Source: Chrysomallon squamiferum
Lineage: Eukaryota; Animalia; Mollusca
Reading direction: 5' to 3'
DNA length: 64,000 nt
Assembly: GCA_012295275.1 (NCBI GenBank)
Contig: CM022676.1
Span: 7,812,001 to 7,876,000, forward strand
Shown: piece by piece, positions 27,029 through 39,893 of the stretch
Position numbering within the stretch: position 1 is the stretch's first letter
How the letters are laid out: every line of letters starts with the position of its first letter
Translations under genes and position numbers: made by a program
The notes under the pieces: model-generated
The model's database searches: none
The model's input: the letters and a program-made list of their open reading frames with translations, nothing else
Told to the model about the DNA's origin: nothing

Positions 27029-29504
27029 TACACACACATACACACAGACACACATATGCATACACATAGACAAAAACAAAACAAAAATAATAATATACAT
27101 TCCTAAATACGTACATAGATATACACAATTATTCATACGCATAAACACATATGTGATACAGATACTGTTAATTTAAAATAAAACGAATTAAAACTTACGC
27201 TCAACATTAATAATAATTTTGGTATGTGCTGTTTTGTTCGTATCCGGATTAACAGCAGTGCATGTGTATACGCCATCTTGAAATCTCGTGATATTAGTCA
27301 GTGCCAGTAGTCCGTTGTTACTGACAATCTGATTGGTCAGTTCCCATCTGTAACGGCATTTGATAAAACAGTCGGCTTTGCATGATACTGTGACGTCACT
27401 TCCTTCATCTACTGTAATGTCAGATGAAGAATTGACTCGAAGTGAGCTACCGGGACCGTCTGTTAAAATAAATAAATGAAAATAATAAATCAATAAATCA
27501 ATAAATCAATAAATACAGTAGTACCTCGAGTTACGAGTGCTCCAACTTACGACGTTTTTGAGTTACGAGCAACCGCCCGTGGCGATTTTTTACTTTGAGT
27601 TGTGAGCCAAAATCCGAATTACGAGTGAGGTTCAGATACGCCGCCGCTAGTTGACGCAACCAACACAGAATCCCGCGTCTTACTTGTTACCTCGCCATGG
27701 AAGCATCTCTTTTGTGTTGTGCTCACGTTTTGTGCAGTATTTTGCCAACTTTCCATGGATCTTAAGAAAGTGAATGCAAAGGATAGCTCTGAGAAGAAGC
27801 GGATGATGTCCACTGAATTAAAGCACGAAATCATAGAAAAACATGCACGAGGTGTGCATGTAGTCGTCTTGGCTAGGCAGTACGAGCATAATACTTCTAC
27901 GATATGTGCCATGCTGAAGCAGAAAGAGTCAGTAAAGGCTGTAACTCCAGCCAAAGGCGCTAAAATAATTTCTAAGCTGCGAACCTCCGTCCATGAAAAG
28001 ATGGAGAAACCCTAACCCAGTACAGTTTACAAAACCAATTTATTTCTTTTTGTTTTGTTTTACTTTGTTTTTATACAGTATTTTCATTTATAAATACATT
28101 TTTTTTCTAATTTAAAAACACGATATCAAATTGTTTTTTAATTTAATATTTTTTTTTTTTTTTAGGGGGTCTGGAACGGATTAATGGTATTTCAATTTAT
28201 TTCATTTGGGAAAATTGATTTGAAATAGAGCTCGGTCACGAAACGAATTAAACTCAACGTACCACTGTAAATAAATAAATAAAAGCTAAAAATATAAATT
28301 CATGGATGATATTTGTTTGTTCTTATTGTTATCGACATGATCCTCATCGCCATAAAAATAATCATCATGATCATCGTCATCATTATTATTGATATAGCTG
28401 TTGAATCTGTTGTTGTTGTTATCGTTATTATTATTATTATTATTATTACGGTAAAGATGATGATATTGATGATAATAATAACACTAATAATAATAACTTA
28501 AATAGAACTAAATTAAATTGAATTAAAATACCTCTAACTTTCAACACGACTGTGTTACTCGGATATCGGTTACGACCACTTTCACATCGCCAAATGCTTC
28601 CCTGTTGATTTCTGTTGACAGATGTTATAGTAACTAGAAACTTGTTACCTAAACATTTGAAAGCGTAATTTTCTCTAAAACGTGACGTAACATCACAGTG
28701 TCCGGGCCCAGATTTTAACACGTCATAGGTGACGTCATTCTCAAACCAGGTGACGCGATCTGAATATTGGAAAATCTGACATGTCAATGTAAAAGTAAGA
28801 CCGCTGATAGCGTATGGCGCGTCCCCTCGAAGATTTGGCGGTCCTGAAAGTAAACTACAAAAATTAAACAAGAAACCGCGCACACGTCCACATACACATG
28901 AACACAGATACATGCACAAACACATATAAATACACACATAATGTAATCTGTAGTATAACAACAGTGATTCATATTAGCTATTCGCACGTGAGGGTTTATA
29001 ACTCGTTCTCTGATATTTTAAACACACACCTCTAATAATATTTAGTTGTCTGTTTATTTTTTCATTTTCACTTTTACTATAATTAGTTTTTCTCACTTAC
29101 GATGGACAATCAAATGAAGTATTCTATTGGCAGTTTGATTCGTATCTGGATTTTCAGTCGTACACACGTAGAGACCTGATTGTGATCTATTAATATTAGC
29201 CAATAGGAGAACGCTCGTGTTACTTATGACGTCATTTTCAAGCTTCCACTGATAATTACACGTGATGAAACACGTCGCCGAACAAGACACTGTGACGTCA
29301 CTTCCTTCCACAGCAGTGAGAACAGACGAAGTATTCAGCTTGAGTGATGTTCCAGGACCATCTGAAAAATAAGTTATCAACAGCATGATCATCATCATCA
29401 TCATCATCGCCAGCATAATCATTATTTTTGATTTATTCTTTCTGATAATAGCAATTATGTCACTACTATTTATTTATTTTGTTAATATATTTGTTGATCT
29501 AAAA

Positions 29505-29587
<83 letters not shown>

Positions 29588-30959
29588 TTTTAAATCTTGA
29601 TATGCAGAAACAGGTACAATTTTAAAAATATATATTCATTAAGTATCAGTGCATACGAACGTGCCTGTTTAATCATATAAATATGCTGGATATTCTTTCA
29701 TGTAAAAATACAAACTTACTTAAATATTAATACATATTAATAATTCTTATCTTCTGTAATTATAATCTATATAAAAAATGTTTTGACCTCTGATTTCAAA
29801 TAGTATTTTGTTTTTATTAGATGTATTCTTTAGTTATCATTAACAGTGCATATTTCCTAGAAAGATAATTATAAACATGAAACTGATAATACATCTGACT
29901 TCCAGTATTGTCTTCTTTTACTGAGATGCATTATGTAGTCATCATTAATAGTACCTAATTCCTAAAATGATAATAATTAAACTGATTTTACCTCTCACTT
30001 CAAGTTTTATTTCATTGCTGCGACCTCCCTCATCACCACATCTCCATACAGTTTCATGTTGACTGAGTTTGACAGATTTTATTATGAGGAGATTCATATC
30101 ACCTGAACAGTGAAAACCGTATTCGTTTGGATGTTCACCAAAAAAATCACACTGCGTATTGTTTTCTGTTACACGAATCCTGTATTCTGTGTTATTCACG
30201 AACCAGGTAATGGTAGGAGAAGGAAAATCACTCTGACAGGTGAAAGTAAAAGGTGATCCAACAAGTGCATATCTGCCTGATGTTGTTAATGTATAATTCT
30301 GACCTTAAATTAGAAGAAACAAATTAAAAACATTAATTAAAATAAAAATAAAAATTAAAATAAATTAATCTAAACAAAGTTATTATTTTTGTAATTACAT
30401 ATTTTCTATGTTACAGTACGCTGTGTAATGGACTGATATTACTCAGTGACGTTATGTTATGTTATGTTGACTTATATTACACTACATCCTATTATATCAT
30501 ATCGTATCATATTGTACTATTTTCTATAGTAGTATATTATATTGTACGACATTATTTTATATTATCAAAATTGCTTTTCATTCTCGTTTAATCTATATGT
30601 TTTGCGCCAAAATAAGAAACTGCTGATGTTTAGCATATAGATAAATATATACGTAATGATGAATTCACTGTATTAATGTGTACTGCGTTATCATGAATTC
30701 AATGTATTTTTTTTTTTTTACTGCGTTTTCAACGTAATCATGAATTCACTGTATTAATGGGTACAATGTCTACTTATATTTATTCAAGAAATTAGGACTA
30801 TTTATCCATAACCATCGTCCATACATAACACCAACTCCACCCAGATTTCACAGTTACAATAACTCAGATAGAGATAAATAATCTGAATATAAAATACATA
30901 CCTTGTACATACAATACACATCCCAGTAACACGAACACACAAAATAATTTACAACTCAT
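23570..30959 (-). CDS. Gene G1: apparently intact 568-aa IgSF receptor, signal-V-C2-V-C2-TM-cytoplasmic tail with two ITAM-consensus motifs
   Basis: Eleven GT-AG exons: 30959-30902, 30303-29992, 29361-29101, 28843-28532, 27459-27199, 26600-26484, 25980-25950, 25572-25526, 24925-24821, 24271-24167, 23667-23570. Lengths sum to 1707 nt, in frame from ATG to TAA. Confidence 0.85.
24167..24271 (-). CDS. G1 ITAM exon 2
   Basis: 105 nt; RETVPAAEHEDTENPYSRLEERRNDVPYDVLLPD|gtaagt. Confidence 0.85.
24821..24925 (-). CDS. G1 ITAM exon 1
   Basis: 105 nt; DNQTAPVAVHHDTRDPYSSLEERGDDVIYDVLVPD|gtaagt. Confidence 0.85.
25526..25572 (-). CDS. G1 47-nt tail exon
   Basis: tttcag|RISTNQHVYYTVAPVS|gtaaat; homologs at 36171-36217 and 40782-40828. 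Confidence 0.75.
25950..25980 (-). CDS. G1 juxtamembrane micro-exon
   Basis: ttacag|RRKKLTSNQQ|gtacat; 31 nt, phase 1 to 2; homolog at 41167-41200. Confidence 0.65.
26484..26600 (-). CDS. G1 transmembrane exon (uncharged)
   Basis: AVEDSSQLAKVFAIVFGTSFLLSVIFIIVVLICFQYKR|gtatgt. Confidence 0.85.
27199..27459 (-). CDS. G1 membrane-proximal C2 Ig exon
   Basis: DGPGSSLRV...CKADCFIKCRYRW...DGVYTC...IIINVE; 261 nt. Confidence 0.9.
27516..28267 (+). mobile_element. Tigger/pogo (TcMar) internally deleted element in a G1 intron
   Basis: TA-flanked, with ends CAGTAGTACCTCG and ...GTACCACTG. ORF 27755-28015 (MDLKKV...KKRMMSTELKHEIIEKHARG...LARQY...STICAMLK) is a CENP-B/Tigger-type HTH N-terminus. Confidence 0.85.
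28532..28843 (-). CDS. G1 second V-like Ig exon
   Basis: PPNLRGDAPYAISGLTFTLTCQIFQYSDRVTWF...IWRCES...VVLKVR; 312 nt. Confidence 0.9.
29101..29361 (-). CDS. G1 first C2 Ig exon
   Basis: DGPGTSLKL...CSATCFITCNYQW...SGLYVC...LIVH; 261 nt. Confidence 0.9.
29992..30303 (-). CDS. G1 N-terminal V-like Ig exon
   Basis: GQNYTLTTSGRYALVGSPFTFTCQSDFPSPTITWFVNN...TVWRCGDEGGRSNEIKLEVR; 312 nt. Confidence 0.9.
30902..30959 (-). CDS. G1 signal-peptide exon
   Basis: MSCKLFCVFVLLGCVLYVQ(G)|gtatgt. Confidence 0.85.
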
Positions 30960-30998
30960 TTCCAGTATTTTAGTTTTCACTTCCGTTAATAAAATAAA

Positions 30999-31050
<52 letters not shown>

Positions 31051-31079
31051 GTTTATCTTTTCTTCACTACTTTCATGTT

Positions 31080-31780
31080 TTCACTCCTGTTAATATAAAA
31101 ATAGTTTCTTCGCTATCATTTTCTTTTAAATTCTTCCTTGTTTACTTTTCTGTTGCTATGTTACCACGTTTACTTCCTGTTTCACAAGTAAAACACCCGT
31201 TTTATTCTTGGTAAAAATAACATCTGTAATACGCTAGATTCTCTCGACTGACTTCAGCAGTTTGCTGGTAGAATAAAAAATATTATTTAGTCCCACATAT
31301 ACACACTAGAAGAAGAAATCCAAAACCGCTATCATAAAATGACCGTGTTTGAATTGACCTAAAAAATGACGCTACGGACTGCTAATGAACAAGTGACAGC
31401 TTTTCAGTGGTGACCAAGGGTAATCATCGCTTCACATGCCATTCACATGCGCTCCGAAGGCGAATGACGTCACCGAATATTGTCTTCGTGTAGATCTAAT
31501 CAGACAAGAAGAAAGGTCGCTCATATTCATTGGTAATCATCCCACGAAGCACGCCGTTCTTTGTCTTTTGTAATGTCTGCGTGTATCTATTGTTTTGTGT
31601 TAACCTTTGCACTGGCAACTATGTATTTTCAGATTGAATATTCTCCCACGAAGCACGCCGTTCTTTGTCTTTTGTAACTGTTGCGTGTATCTATTTTTTT
31701 CTGTGTAAAGTTTGCTCAGTAATCAAGCGCAGTCATCGCCACCCACGAAGCACGCCGTTGTTTGTCTTTTGTAATTTTTG
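31080..31780 (-). promoter_or_regulatory. Putative G1 promoter block
   Basis: Lies upstream of the signal exon and is conserved at 48490-49190 and 14540-15185. Contains an ETS-like ACAGGAAGT, the palindrome TGACGTCA at 31465-31472, and three CCCACGAAGCACGCCGTT repeats. Confidence 0.45.
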
Positions 31781-31971
31781 CATGCAACTATTTTTTTTTT
31801 TTCTTTTTTAGAGGAGGGGAGCCTATTGCTAGACAATACTCTGCTTATGTTCATTTATTTATTTCATTCTTTACCTCACTCTGTCCATCCATCAGTCCAT
31901 CCAACTCACTGCTTGGGTATTTGTAAATACATAATTATCTAGGTAACAACGTATGATTGTATACAAACGCG

Positions 31972-32010
<39 letters not shown>

Positions 32011-32436
32011 CACAGACACACACACACACACATAGACACAGAAACATGCTTTTACTATGAATTTGAAAACTGTTTTACATTTGCTGAAGAGAAACTTTCT
32101 TCTTCGCTTTTTTTTTTTAAATTCTGTTTTCTTCTACATTTAATTTCTTTTCTCTTTATTATTCCTGTTATTTATTAATTAATTACAAGTGCACACACAT
32201 ACATATATAGATTTATATAAAAACGCACATACATACATTGACACACACAAGTACATACATACGTACATACATACATAAACTTTGAGCTGGAAAACATTTC
32301 AGTTAGGTACTCAAAAGTGTTTTTCTGTTTGTGAAATACTGCTAACTATAATTGTAGATATTTTTATCCGGATTTCTGTGAGAAGAAATTCAAAGTAGTC
32401 ATTGAAATAGATCCAAAGTTAATAATAATAATGATG

Positions 32437-32499
<63 letters not shown>

Positions 32500-32888
32500 G
32501 TAGTGGTAGCAGTAATTGTAGTAGTAGTAATAGTATTAGTATTAGTATTAATATTAGTAGTAGTAATGATGATATTAAAATAGTAAAGAAATAAAATAAA
32601 GAAATGAAATACTTGAATGTTCATAACTTCACTTGTACTATAAAAAACATAAATCTTAGAATTTTTAGCATACATATTTTGTGTACCAAATCAGTCAGCG
32701 TGAAGAGATGTAGATGATAAACTACATTTAGAAGGAATAAATTCGAAAATCTGAATCGTTACTTTTAGGGGATGATCAGGTAAATATAACACTGGGTAGA
32801 GTAAGAAGACTCAGTTCTCGAGCCTGACTGAATGTAATTTCGCGTACAGAGACATAAGAATGTGTTTCTATTGCTGTACCGATGTGTG

Positions 32889-32926
<38 letters not shown>

Positions 32927-33669
32927 TGTGTGTGTGAATTTGTGTATGTGTGTGTAAATAAATACAGCCACTCACACACACATATAAGGTAAAAAGTCAA
33001 TATACTTAAGTGTATCTTTTTACATAGTCATTATCTCTACCTGTATATATATATCTATCTATATAGATATCTGTCCATCTATCTGTCTATTTATATAGAT
33101 ATCTATCTAGATGTCTATCCATCATCTATATACATACACAGACGTAAGAATGTGTTTCTAAAGCTAGATGTACCGATATGTGAATGTGCACGTGTTCGTG
33201 TATATATGTATGTATGTATGTATGTATTTAATTTTATTTCTAGAGATTCGAGTTGACTTAAAGTTGACCATTGTAATGTATATTACAGTGTGCTTTCGTC
33301 CTTTGGCCACATATTTATTACTTTGCTACCATATTTTATTTACATAGATAAAACTTTTAAAAACTTTATACAAAAACGTTCAGAGATGTATAAAAATACA
33401 TTTCCACAACAAAATAATATAATTAATATATATTTAAAACTTTCAGAAACTATTTGAAAAGTATCCGTTCTCAAAACTATAAAATAGATAATATTGTAAC
33501 ATTTAATAAAATACACTTGAAGAAAAATTCATTTGAAAAAAATTCATTTGAAAAAAGCAGTACATTTCAAATACTATTTAGAAGGTATCGAAATCTGTAA
33601 AAAACGCAACATTTCATTAAAAAAATATAATAATAAAAATAAAAGTAAATAAATAAATAAATAATAATT

Positions 33670-33745
<76 letters not shown>

Positions 33746-34779
33746 ATACGTGTATGTATGTCTATGTATGTGTTTATATGTATGCAGAAATGAGCATATG
33801 TATGTACATTTCTAGGAATGTACGTTATTGTTTACGCTGTCTATACGTACGTACGTACCTACCTATGTATATCTGAATATATATTTATGTACGTACGTAT
33901 ATACATATAATTAATGTGTTTATATCTATATATATGCATAGTATGCATATATATGCACACATACGTTGTTCCATACATAATTATATATTTACACATACTT
34001 AGGCAGTGAGCTGGTGAATGGATGGATGGACGGATATATGAACACAAAAATATAAAGAATGTAAGAAAAATCAGTCAGAGAAACAGAAAAATACAGAATT
34101 AGAGAAAGAATAAAAAGATGAGAGGTGTGTAAAATCAGAATGGTTGAAGTACAAAAATCGATGTAGAAAGTGTTAAATGAAGAAAGACACACAAACAGAC
34201 GAACATATTTAGAAGACAAAAATTAAAACTTTATTTTAGAGTAAGAAGCAAAATTCTAAAATATAAGAGATAAATGGAAAATTTGTTTCCTCTCTCCAAG
34301 AAAAATATTCACAGAATAGCAGACACACAAACAAACCTGCTATATGATAAAGTTAGATAATATAATTAACAAAACATAGTACACTCTAGTTTAGTAGTTA
34401 CATCTGTTTCCTTTTCCTATTTCCTGTTCTAACTGCATGCTCACAATTCGTTTAACACATTTTATATCACTTTAACCAGACACAAATGCAACAATATGCA
34501 ATTTTATTTTATTTTTTTATTTTTAATAATTCCTCTTGATAATATGTAAAATCAACAAATTACATCTCCTGTACATTTGTAGAAATAAGAAAACGCGGAT
34601 AAAGATGAAAAGATGACTAAAATCTTCTTAGTACAAAAGAGGTAAGTTTATTAAAAGTTATATTTTAGTAATGCATTAACAGTTCAAGACACGGCAAAAG
34701 AAAAGAAGAAAACAACAACAACAACAACAACAAAAAACACACGAAAAAAACCCAAAGCGAAATATTCCAAACAAGAAAC

Positions 34780-35070
34780 TTAAATCTACCTCACCGACAC
34801 CCACAATCACCACGACAACACAGTTTATTTGTAGAAAAAAAGATCACCAAACACATAAATGCAACAACCTTGACCTACAACAGATCTTGGATAGTGTGGA
34901 ATTGTTTCAGATATTCTTGTTATGTACTACACTGGTCACCAGACAAAACTGTATTCTCGTCTTGAATTCTGAACCTTCCTGGTAATTCTCGTCTTATCTG
35001 ATTTTAATACTTTAACTTGTCATCCACTGTCCTGGAAACAAGTATGAACACTGAATCTCCACGGGTTGAA
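34780..35070 (+). mobile_element. Degenerate piggyBac-like fragment (copy 3)
   Basis: TFLVILVLSDFNTLTCHPLSW, homologous to 20500-20830. Confidence 0.45.
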
Positions 35071-35119
35071 CACTTCCTGCCTTTAATTTAATCATTAACC
35101 AACTCAAAACAACAACATG

Positions 35120-35220
35120 TGTAACGGATTAATGGTATTTCAATTAATTTCATTTTGGAAAATTGATATGACATAAGAACAAATTAAGTTACGAGTTCGG
35201 TCACAGAACGAATTAAATCT
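35120..35220 (+). mobile_element. Tigger 3' fragment
   Basis: Matches 28175-28256 (aacggattaatggtatttcaatt...cggtcac...aacgaattaaa). Confidence 0.6.
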
Positions 35221-35409
35221 CAGAATATGAAAATTCCGTATCTGTACATGTATGTATATATTATGGTAGCAGGGAGTCTTTCTGGAAAATCGTGGATGTC
35301 ATAACGGTAAGACAACCTTGTTTAATTTTTTCCTTAAAGTGTCTAAGTGTATGGTTGACAAAAACTACTCGTTTTCTTATTTATTATTTGTTAATATCAG
35401 TTGACTTAC

Positions 35410-36217
35410 TTTCAGGCAAGAAGACCTCATATGGGACGTGGCATCCTCTTTCCTCTAGAGAAAAATATGGATTATCTGTATCTTGATGTACAGCTGCTGG
35501 CTGGAATGTAGTTGTTTTGGTTTATATAAAAATTGTGATGTGCGGAGATAAAAATTAAAATATATGTGTGTAATTGTGTTTGTGTGTGCCTCTGTGTTTT
35601 TGTATGTGAGTACATACATGCATATATACATATATACAAACATACGCAGAAACAAATGCATATCATATAATTCCAAAAGTCAATATGTTTATGTGTATAT
35701 TTTTGCATATACGTTATCTCTCGCATATCTATCTATGCATATACATGTAAGAAGGTGTTTCTATAGATACATCGACATGTAAATGTGTATGTGTATATAG
35801 GTGCACATACTATGTATGCGTATATATTCATATAATATATGTATATGTCTATGAATGTATGTATGTATGTATGCATGCATTTATGTATGTTTGTGAATTT
35901 TAGGATTTGAATATTCTCTGTCTTATATACATCTAAATAGACTCTGCACATAGGCAATATTCGGTAAAATATGTTTCTGAATAACCGTTATCATCGCTGT
36001 TTATATTTGTGTGTGTGTTGGTGTGTATGTATGTAAGTGTGTGTTTGTGTTCATGTAAATATATATATATATATATATATTTATATTTATGTAAGAATGT
36101 GCTATGTGCGTCTGTATGTATGTATTTGTTTGTGCATGTGTGTGTGTGTATGAGTGTGTGTTGAACTTACCAGAATCCGGAGCAATACTGTAGAAAACAT
36201 GTTGATTTGTGCTGATT
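35410..36217 (-). pseudogene. Orphan cytoplasmic-tail exons
   Basis: 36217-36171 encodes RISTNQHVFYSIAPDS. About 35500-35410 encodes PAAVHQDTDNPYFSLEERGCHVPYEVFLPE, with its 5' part deleted. Confidence 0.7.
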
Positions 36218-37526
36218 CTGATATTTAACACACAAACACATACACATAAAATACATACTTACGTACATATATTTATCAGTATCTGAGTTAATGTCATTTA
36301 GCAACTGTGAAATCTGGGTGGAGTCAACATTATGTTTGGATGATGATTAAGCCCTGGAAAGCAGAACAGTTGGATAATGTTCGTAATGATGTAGTGTAAG
36401 ATAATTCAGTGTTAATTATTACGTGTATCACTGTGTAACAACAGGCAGATATTGTACAGCAGTATATTTTAATACAGTGAATTTATGATTACGCTGATAT
36501 GACCAGTTTATAAATAAGATTATGATTTCATAACACTTGATTTTTATATTCTATTCCTAACCAGCTTAGACTTAGGTTTTCTCTGTATAATTTGTTTATA
36601 CATTAAACTTCGATAGTTTCACTCAATGACGCAAAACAGTGTCTAGATTGAACTGGAATGAAGTACAGTGATAATTATATTACTTAAAGTTATATCAAAC
36701 AATATAATAAGATACTTTACAATATAATATAATATTGCACGATGTAATATCATAAGAACACAATAATATTGCTGGATGTAATATCATAAGAACACAATAG
36801 AAAAAATACAGTGACTTGGCAGAAAGAATATTAGGTGTCTGGGGTCACGTTTTTTTGTGCGTATGCTTCCATCCATGGCTGGTTTTAAACAGACTTGTAG
36901 AGATACAATATATCAGATTAAAACTGACCGAGTCATGTCATGCGGTAAGAAACAAAACTGACAAACAGCCAAATTCAAAATGGCCGCCCTTTATCTGTTG
37001 ACAATACCCAGTTTATTATGAAATATCACCTGAGAATTTGCACAAAAATTTTTCATTATTAAAAATGAACACGCACACACACATACACACAATACACATG
37101 TATATACAAATCTGTGTTTGCATATATATATATATATATATATACACAGACACACACAGAACATATAAAGATGAGCATACGCACATACATATGTATTTAC
37201 TCACCTACTTACAAAGAAAAAAAGAAGTACATTCAGCATACATACATGCATGGATACATACTACATACATACATATATACATACATACATATATACATAC
37301 GTAATCACTTATCTACATACACATTGCTATAATATAAATAAATACATACATACATATATGCACACAGGCATAACCTCCGAAAAAAACATTACACCCCACA
37401 AAAAAATAAAAACAAAACCCCTCAAAAAACGTAGTGAGCAAAATCAAGTATTCAAAATATAACGGGAGTAAAACTATAAAGTGGGGAAAAGTCATAATAA
37501 TAATAAAAATAATAATAATAATAATC

Positions 37527-37571
<45 letters not shown>

Positions 37572-37935
37572 GCAACAACAACGACAACAAAAAACAACAA
37601 CACGAAAACAAACAAACGAAAAACAAAAAATCAAACAGAGATTGAATAACAGGTTCAGGCTGAAAGCTTAGTAAATGTAATTGTGAGAAATGAGTTTTGA
37701 AAGAAAATAAGACAGAACAGTAACAAACCACTATACACACAAATAGTTTACGTAAAGTCGTTGAATATTTTGATATCAGAGACTGGTGTATGTTGAGAAT
37801 GGTACAACAAATACGTCGATTACAGAAACGAATAGAAACATTGTTATTTAACATATTTTTATATAATTATCTATGTGATAGGTGTATGTATACACACATG
37901 GATTTAGATGTATACTCAAAAAATAGGAATACAGG

Positions 37936-37976
<41 letters not shown>

Positions 37977-38794
37977 CACACATTCTTGTATAACCGAACA
38001 CAATAGAAAGACTATGCTACACAATAGTTTGGCAGAAAGACTATCATGTGCTTTGGGTTAGATCTTTTGTGCGTCGTCTTCAATCCATTGCTGGTTTTAG
38101 AGTGTAGAGTTACAACATAACACAGTAAAACGAGTCCGTCTTGTCATGACAGAAGAAACAGAACTTGACAAGCAGCCAAATTCAAAATGGCCGCCCTTTG
38201 TCTCTTTGCAGCACCCAATTTATTATTAAATATCACATGAGAATTTGCACAAACATTTCTCATCATTAAAAACGGACAAAAAGGCGGGCGCGCGCACACA
38301 CACACACACACAAATGTACATATATACATACACACATATAAACATAAACGAACATACGCACATACACATATATTTACTTACCTACTTAAATAGATAGGTA
38401 CATACAAAAAAACAACACAACAACAACAACAAACACCTTCAGCATACATACATGCACACATACATACATTCATACATACGTAACAACTTATCTACATACC
38501 TGCAAATACACAAATACATATTTCTATAATATAAAATACCTACATACATGCATATATACACCCAGGCATAAACGCTCGCCAAAAAACATAACAAAAAAGT
38601 AAACATAAAAACAAATAAACGTATTGAAGAAAATCAAGTATTCAAAATATAACGCTGTATGGCAAGTTTAAGATCTGGATTCAATTCTGTGAATTTAATT
38701 TGTTAATAAAAATGTATAACAACCCAGAGGTTAATTTAATTATATTTACATTTTATTTTATTTTTTTTTTATTTTTTTTTATTTATAATTTAAG

Positions 38795-38880
38795 GTCAGT
38801 ATTATATGTTAACAACATCAGACAGATGTGCAGTTGTTGGATCTCCTTTTACTTCTACTTGTCGAGAAATTCGTTCTCCA
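38795..38880 (+). pseudogene. Inverted 5' fragment of a V exon
   Basis: ttaag|GQYYMLTTSDRCAVVGSPFTSTCREIRSP, preceded by + oriented intron-1-like sequence from about 36270. Confidence 0.7.
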
Positions 38881-39137
38881 ATTCTTTCTTCTATAATTGC
38901 TTGGTTTCAGGAAAGTGCCTTAAGGATCGTATGATTAACAAATAAACATTTGTTCTTCTTTATTGTTTACAAATTTCTTGTAGAAGGAGCGCTTTCAACA
39001 TATACATGATAATATACAGTCTCTGTATCTTGATGTAGAGTTGGTCTCGCTGACTCATAGTCTGAAACAATAAATAAAATTATATTTTAGTTTATATAAA
39101 AGTTGTCATATGTGGAGCAAAACAATAATCGCAATAA

Positions 39138-39187
<50 letters not shown>

Positions 39188-39846
39188 CACACATGCGCAC
39201 ACAGACATATAAGTTAAAAAGTCAATATGATTAAGTGTATATTTTTATATATATGTATATATACCTATCTATCTATGTACAACACAGATATAAGAATGTG
39301 TTTGTCTAGCTGTATCGATGTGAGTTTGTGTGTGCGTGTGTATATACATTTTTTTGTGCGTCTTCTTCCATTCATGGCTGGTTTTGAATAGAGTGTAGAG
39401 TTACAAAATAACAGAGTAAAACTGATTAGTGACGTCATAACGTAAAAAACAAAACTTGACAATCAGCCATGTTGCCATTTTGTGATATCCTATAATATTA
39501 AATTATGTTGTATAGTATCATATCATATTCTATGACATTAATTTAAATTATATTATTAGCACTGTTTTTCATTTCAATTTAATCTAGATAATGTTTTGCC
39601 TCAGAATAGGAAACCACTGATATTTAGTGTGTAAAGAAATTATATACAGAAAACTTACATCTAAGCTGGTTAGGATAGAATATAAAAATCAAGTGTTATT
39701 AAATCATAATTTTATTTATAAACTGGTCCTATCAGCGTAATCATAAATTCACTGTATTAATGTGTTCTGAGGTGCAATATCTGCCTCCTGTTTCACAATC
39801 ACACAGATAATAAATCAGGTAATGAAATTAGGACTATTTATCCAAG

Positions 39847-39893
<47 letters not shown>

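Larger units (their letters stand above)
30020..35100. repeat. Segmental duplication, copy of about 47300-54070
   Basis: Colinear V exon, intron 1, signal exon, promoter block and intergenic DNA. The second copy also carries the Tc1 segment. Confidence 0.9.
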
